Origin: a virus
Lineage: Duplodnaviria > Heunggongvirae > Uroviricota > Caudoviricetes
Virus record (IMG/VR): IMGVR_UViG_2802429226_000008
Span: 1-41,124 of that record
DNA: 41,124 bases
Strand: one strand, 5' to 3'
The notes beneath the pieces are model-generated. The model did not search any database, was not told the DNA's origin, and worked only from the letters and a program-made list of their open reading frames with translations. Made by a program: the position numbers and the translations under genes. Positions 37,123 to 41,124 of this stretch are shown here, one piece after another. Every line of letters starts with the position of its first letter. Within the stretch, counting starts at the first letter, position 1.

Positions 37123-37512
37123 TTACACCCCTATAGCGATATAACGACCTAATACAGCGTTTGCAGCAGTCGCTATGCTTGAAAAACCGCGGAACTGATT
37201 TGATGTAATTGCAGAAGCCGACAGGATTCCTGCGCCTGAAGGTGTATGCCCCACATGACTAACTATCATTCCATAACATGCTGACGGAAAGGCAAAAGGA
37301 AAATCGTTAAGATATCCGGCATCTTCACCACCAGACCCACCAAATCTCGCCTGCCCCCACTGAATAATCAGTGTTCTCCGGGAACCTGAAATAATTAACG
37401 GAATCGTTACATACCCATTCAGACCAATGACACCCGATGCAGTGCCAGCCAGAGATAATTCTCCCAAACCAACGTTTATGAAAATGCAGAAATAACAAGC
37501 AAATGGCATCAT
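37123..37512 (-). CDS. alternative tail-fiber C-terminal cassette (silent until inversion fuses it to the constant N-part)
   Basis: ORF reads ...NVGLGE at crossover site, matching NLGLGE of expressed fiber. Confidence 0.65.
   Translation of the reverse strand: MMPFACYFCIFINVGLGELSLAGTASGVIGLNGYVTIPLIISGSRRTLIIQWGQARFGGSGGEDAGYLNDFPFAFPSACYGMIVSHVGHTPSGAGILSASAITSNQFRGFSSIATAANAVLGRYIAIGV
37459..37486. repeat. right inversion crossover site (gix/cix-like)
   Basis: TTCTCCCAAACCAACGTTTATGAAAATG; shares TTGGTTTGGGAGAA with the left site in inverted orientation. Confidence 0.75.
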
Positions 37513-37538
37513 TCCTGCTTTTGTCAGGGAGATCTACC

Positions 37539-38093
37539 ATGCTTATTGGCTATGTACGTGTGTCAACAAATGACCAGAACACCGATCTACAACGTAATGC
37601 GTTGAACTGTGTAGGATGTGAACTGATTTTTGAAGACAAGATAAGCGGTACGAAGTCCGAAAGGCCCGGACTGAAAAAACTGCTCAGGACATTATCGGCA
37701 GGTGACACACTGGTTGTCTGGAAGCTGGATCGGCTGGGGCGTAGTATGCGGCATCTGGTCATTCTAGTTGAGGAGTTGCGCGAACGTGGCGTTAATTTTC
37801 GCAGCCTGACGGATGCTATTGATACCAGCACACCGATGGGGCGTTTTTTCTTTCATGTGATGGGTGCCTTGGCTGAAATGGAACGAGAACTGATTGTTGA
37901 ACGAACAAAAGCTGGACTGGAAGCTGCTCGCGCGCAGGGACGAATTGGTGGACGTCGTCCCAAACTTACACCAGAACAATGGGCGCAGGCCGGGCGATTA
38001 ATTGCATCAGGCGTTCCTCGCCAAAAGGTGGCGATCATCTATGATGTTGGTATATCGACACTGTATAAGAAGTTTCCGGTTGGAGATAAATGA
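37539..38093 (+). CDS. serine DNA invertase (Hin/Gin/Pin/Cin family)
   Basis: 184 aa; N-terminal GYVRVSTNDQ catalytic-Ser motif; C-terminal HTH; adjacent to crossover site. Confidence 0.9.
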   Translation: MLIGYVRVSTNDQNTDLQRNALNCVGCELIFEDKISGTKSERPGLKKLLRTLSAGDTLVVWKLDRLGRSMRHLVILVEELRERGVNFRSLTDAIDTSTPMGRFFFHVMGALAEMERELIVERTKAGLEAARAQGRIGGRRPKLTPEQWAQAGRLIASGVPRQKVAIIYDVGISTLYKKFPVGDK

Positions 38094-38094
38094 A

Positions 38095-38129
38095 ACCGTA
38101 GCACGTCGTATGCAAGAACGTGCTACGGT
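38095..38129 (+). terminator. stem-loop just after invertase stop (possible terminator)
   Basis: 10-bp stem CCGTAGCACG/CGTGCTACGG; no clear U-tract. Confidence 0.35.
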
Positions 38130-38313
38130 TAGCTGGTGAAATGTCGATAGTGCGAGTGTTGAATAATTTTTAGCCGTTATTGATTTTACGTATTTTTGTA
38201 TGAGATGATTTGCATCTCCTGTCACCGACCATCTATGACTATACGTCACCATTTCTAGGGCTGCTATGTGCCAAGAGCGGCAATTGACAGAGAGCAGCCC
38301 TATCTCAGTGGCT

Positions 38314-41124
38314 TTATTTTTTTAGAGATTGCATTCGTTCATTGAATATGTCCAATGTGTCTTGAAATTCAACAAAGCCTCTATCCTTTATAAGGCTTTT
38401 AATTAAGTTAGGAAAATCACTTTCTACACCAGCTGTAATGAAATCTAACTCGCCTAATTTATTCGGGATGTTTTCAGAAACAAATTTGTTAATAACCTCA
38501 AGAAATTGATCAGGCATGGCACATCCGCTTGCGACTAAATGCAAACATTCCATAATATCGCTTACTGTTGCCAGTGGTAGGTTTAAAATATTACTGTTAA
38601 TAAACTTGTCTATAATGTCAACGACCTCAGGAGAGCCAATCCTTTTGATGTTCAATAATAAACTCTTAGTGATGGATCTTTTCCACTTATCATCAAATAA
38701 TTGTATTTTTGTTAACGCTAATGTTAATAGTTCAGTGTTTTTGTATTCGTAATTATGATTCTCTGATAATATGTAAATGTTTCGTAAGATATTGGAGTTA
38801 ATTACATGCTGGTCATAACCATTTAACTCTCCTGTATTGATTTTTATAAGTATTACATCCAGGATTTTTAACATATCATCATGGGATTTTTGATACAAAA
38901 ACTCATTCACAGCTAGAAGATTATGTATGTTTTCATAAATATTTATGTTATTAGTTCTGCCTTCTAACAAAGGAAGCAAACCATTTATTATTTTCTTTAA
39001 CTGGTTTGAACTCCACGGAACACATCCTAATATAATCAATAAATTATTGGTCCATCGATCTATTGAAGTGGTATGAATAAAATTTTTATTTTTCAACCTA
39101 ATCAGGTTGCATATGTTTTCGAGAGAGTTGAGTAAATATTTCTTAATATGGTGAACTTCTCTTTTGTCAAGTTTGCTGGTGCTGATTATTATTTTGTCTT
39201 TTATTACCTTACTTAAAAATTTTTTGAGTTTTTCTGTCTCGCAGTATTTTATTAACATAAATAGATCGATTCTATTAACATAGAATATCTCTTCGCATAG
39301 ATAGTGTTCGAGGCTACTAAGAATATTAAATTCGAAAAATTGTTTAACCTCTTTATATTCTTCAATTAAAATTTCGTTGCCTAAAATGAAATACACATAA
39401 GGGTACAGTTTCGCTCTTGTTTTAAATTCATCATTGGAAAATGCTATTCCACCACTCTTTCTTATTTGTGAGTACCCTAAATTCTTCTTCGATTCAACGT
39501 CAAATCGATAGTAAGCTTTGTATATTTCATTAAATTCAAGCATCTTTACTAATTCTTGTAGCTCACTTTGCACCCCCCGTGGAAAATCAATTATTTTACT
39601 TTTAAACTCAAATGGAGTATGGCTTTCCATTATTGATTTACAATCTTCATCAATGTCCTTACCGTTACAGTGTAAATCCGACTTCAACATCCTGTAAGCA
39701 TAATCAAAATTAGACATGTGAATGGTGGCGAGAATATAGTTTCTCTCATTAAGATGAAGCTTTACTTTCGAAATAAGAATATCGAGAAGTTTGCCATATT
39801 CCTTGTTAATAAGAAGTATTTCAGCATTATCCTTTGAATAAGCGAAAGAAATCTTATTGTATAGCTCAGACTCTAATTCTGAAGAACTAATCACCTCATA
39901 CAGTTTCGAGTCATAACTAACTGTATTTATAAATGCCTTTTCCAAAATAGATGAGAATGTCTTTTTTAAGTGAGTATTTTTACTCAAAATGTCATTAAGG
40001 TATATGCTATTTATTTTCCTGCTATACTCGTCATAATCAGTCGTCAAAATATTATTGTGGGAGGTTAGTTTAACCCCAGACTTATCATAATCAATGGTAC
40101 TATTAGTTAATTTTTTACTGATCTGCTCAGGGAGCAATACTTTGTATTGTGTTAATGCTTTTAGTTTGCTATCAACATATTTATTTATTTTTTTTGTTAC
40201 AATACATTGAATATCATTCTTCAATTTATTTTTATCAAAATCAGACATTCTCAGGTCATCTTCTATTTTTTTTACCTTTGACTCAGTATAGATTAGGGTC
40301 CTCTTTATAAACTCATCTTGGTTTTTAACAAGCTTGAAATCACTGAAAAATTTTGAATAAAGATCATGATAGCTAATGTCAGTATTCATCGGTGTCAACA
40401 AGGATATCCCATGATTTCTTAAGTAAAGAGCCTGGGCTGCATCATGATTTTTCTGGAGCAAATATTTTCTTGGTGTTGCTTTTGATATAGTTGTAACCCA
40501 TGAAACAATCTGTTTTAAATCATAATCACTATAAGAGTATCCTAAAAACACAACAGTGTTTGTTGAGAATATTCCTTTTATAAAATTTTCGATAAGTGGA
40601 AAATTTTGGCTGTACTGTAAGTAATCATCCTCTTTAAAAACAAAATTATTCTGTCGAAAATCCCCATGCATCTTTATAATTTTCTTGTCCAAATGACTTT
40701 GTGCCAGGTCCACGTCAGAACTAACTAAATCATAAGCCAATCCTATGTCTTGTGCAGTTTTTTCAAGCAAACTATCCCAGTTGGTTGTAATTATATAGTG
40801 GGGGTTTAATTCAAATAGCATCTTATGAAAAAGACTTGGTTTCAAATCTCTAATTATTGATTTGACTTTTTTAACATAAGAGTTTTGTCCGTATTGAAGA
40901 AAGTAAAGTTGGGCTATTTTTAAATAATCATTTTCTTCAGACAATCCTAAGTCGTCTTTTAGCTCATTTATTAACTCCCTCCAGGTTGGTATTTTTATTA
41001 ATTCCGTTTCGCTGAATTTAGAAAAACCAGCACCAATAAAAAGAACTAACTTATTATCTTGACTGGCATTCAATATTTCGTTCAAGTCATATTCAGAAAA
41101 AGAAAGTGGATTTAAATTTATCAT
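38314..41124 (-). CDS. SIR2-domain protein (936 aa), candidate NAD+-depleting antiphage defense protein (DSR/ThsA-like N-domain, unknown C-domain)
   Basis: N-terminal GAGFS (31-35), TTNWD (N115), KMHGD (H153), FLGYSYSD motifs; AT-rich codon usage; ATG exactly at window edge. Confidence 0.78.
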   Translation of the reverse strand: MINLNPLSFSEYDLNEILNASQDNKLVLFIGAGFSKFSETELIKIPTWRELINELKDDLGLSEENDYLKIAQLYFLQYGQNSYVKKVKSIIRDLKPSLFHKMLFELNPHYIITTNWDSLLEKTAQDIGLAYDLVSSDVDLAQSHLDKKIIKMHGDFRQNNFVFKEDDYLQYSQNFPLIENFIKGIFSTNTVVFLGYSYSDYDLKQIVSWVTTISKATPRKYLLQKNHDAAQALYLRNHGISLLTPMNTDISYHDLYSKFFSDFKLVKNQDEFIKRTLIYTESKVKKIEDDLRMSDFDKNKLKNDIQCIVTKKINKYVDSKLKALTQYKVLLPEQISKKLTNSTIDYDKSGVKLTSHNNILTTDYDEYSRKINSIYLNDILSKNTHLKKTFSSILEKAFINTVSYDSKLYEVISSSELESELYNKISFAYSKDNAEILLINKEYGKLLDILISKVKLHLNERNYILATIHMSNFDYAYRMLKSDLHCNGKDIDEDCKSIMESHTPFEFKSKIIDFPRGVQSELQELVKMLEFNEIYKAYYRFDVESKKNLGYSQIRKSGGIAFSNDEFKTRAKLYPYVYFILGNEILIEEYKEVKQFFEFNILSSLEHYLCEEIFYVNRIDLFMLIKYCETEKLKKFLSKVIKDKIIISTSKLDKREVHHIKKYLLNSLENICNLIRLKNKNFIHTTSIDRWTNNLLIILGCVPWSSNQLKKIINGLLPLLEGRTNNINIYENIHNLLAVNEFLYQKSHDDMLKILDVILIKINTGELNGYDQHVINSNILRNIYILSENHNYEYKNTELLTLALTKIQLFDDKWKRSITKSLLLNIKRIGSPEVVDIIDKFINSNILNLPLATVSDIMECLHLVASGCAMPDQFLEVINKFVSENIPNKLGELDFITAGVESDFPNLIKSLIKDRGFVEFQDTLDIFNERMQSLKK

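Larger units (their letters stand above)
1446..41124. mobile_element. integrated tailed prophage at thrW (mosaic lambdoid regulation / HK97-like head / Mu-like contractile tail); right end beyond window
   Basis: integrase stop 15 nt after tRNA 3' end; contiguous phage modules through to the window end. Confidence 0.9.

Overview
The window opens with chromosomal proA (1..1254) and tRNA-Thr thrW (1370..1445). Immediately after the tRNA 3' end an integrated tailed prophage begins and runs to the window end (at least 39.7 kb; right boundary not in window). It is mosaic: integrase and excisionase; a leftward early operon with HD-hydrolase and DUF2303-like genes; a lambda-like CI/Cro switch with palindromic operators; an O-like replication gene carrying iterons; a nin-like region (Dam-type MTase, RusA, KilA-N, DUF968, Q antiterminator); a lysis cassette (holin, lambda-R-like endolysin, Rz/Rz1); HNH plus terminase; an HK97-type head module; a Mu-like contractile tail and baseplate module; and an invertible tail-fiber segment with a serine invertase. 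Two strongly AT-rich cargo loci sit at classic moron positions and are the best candidates for an undescribed system: (1) a translationally coupled two-gene operon between Q and the holin (14373..16099) with no motif I recognise, and (2) a 936-aa SIR2-domain protein downstream of the invertase (38314..41124). All calls are from reading the sequence and ORF track; no database search was run, and family assignments rest on recalled motifs.
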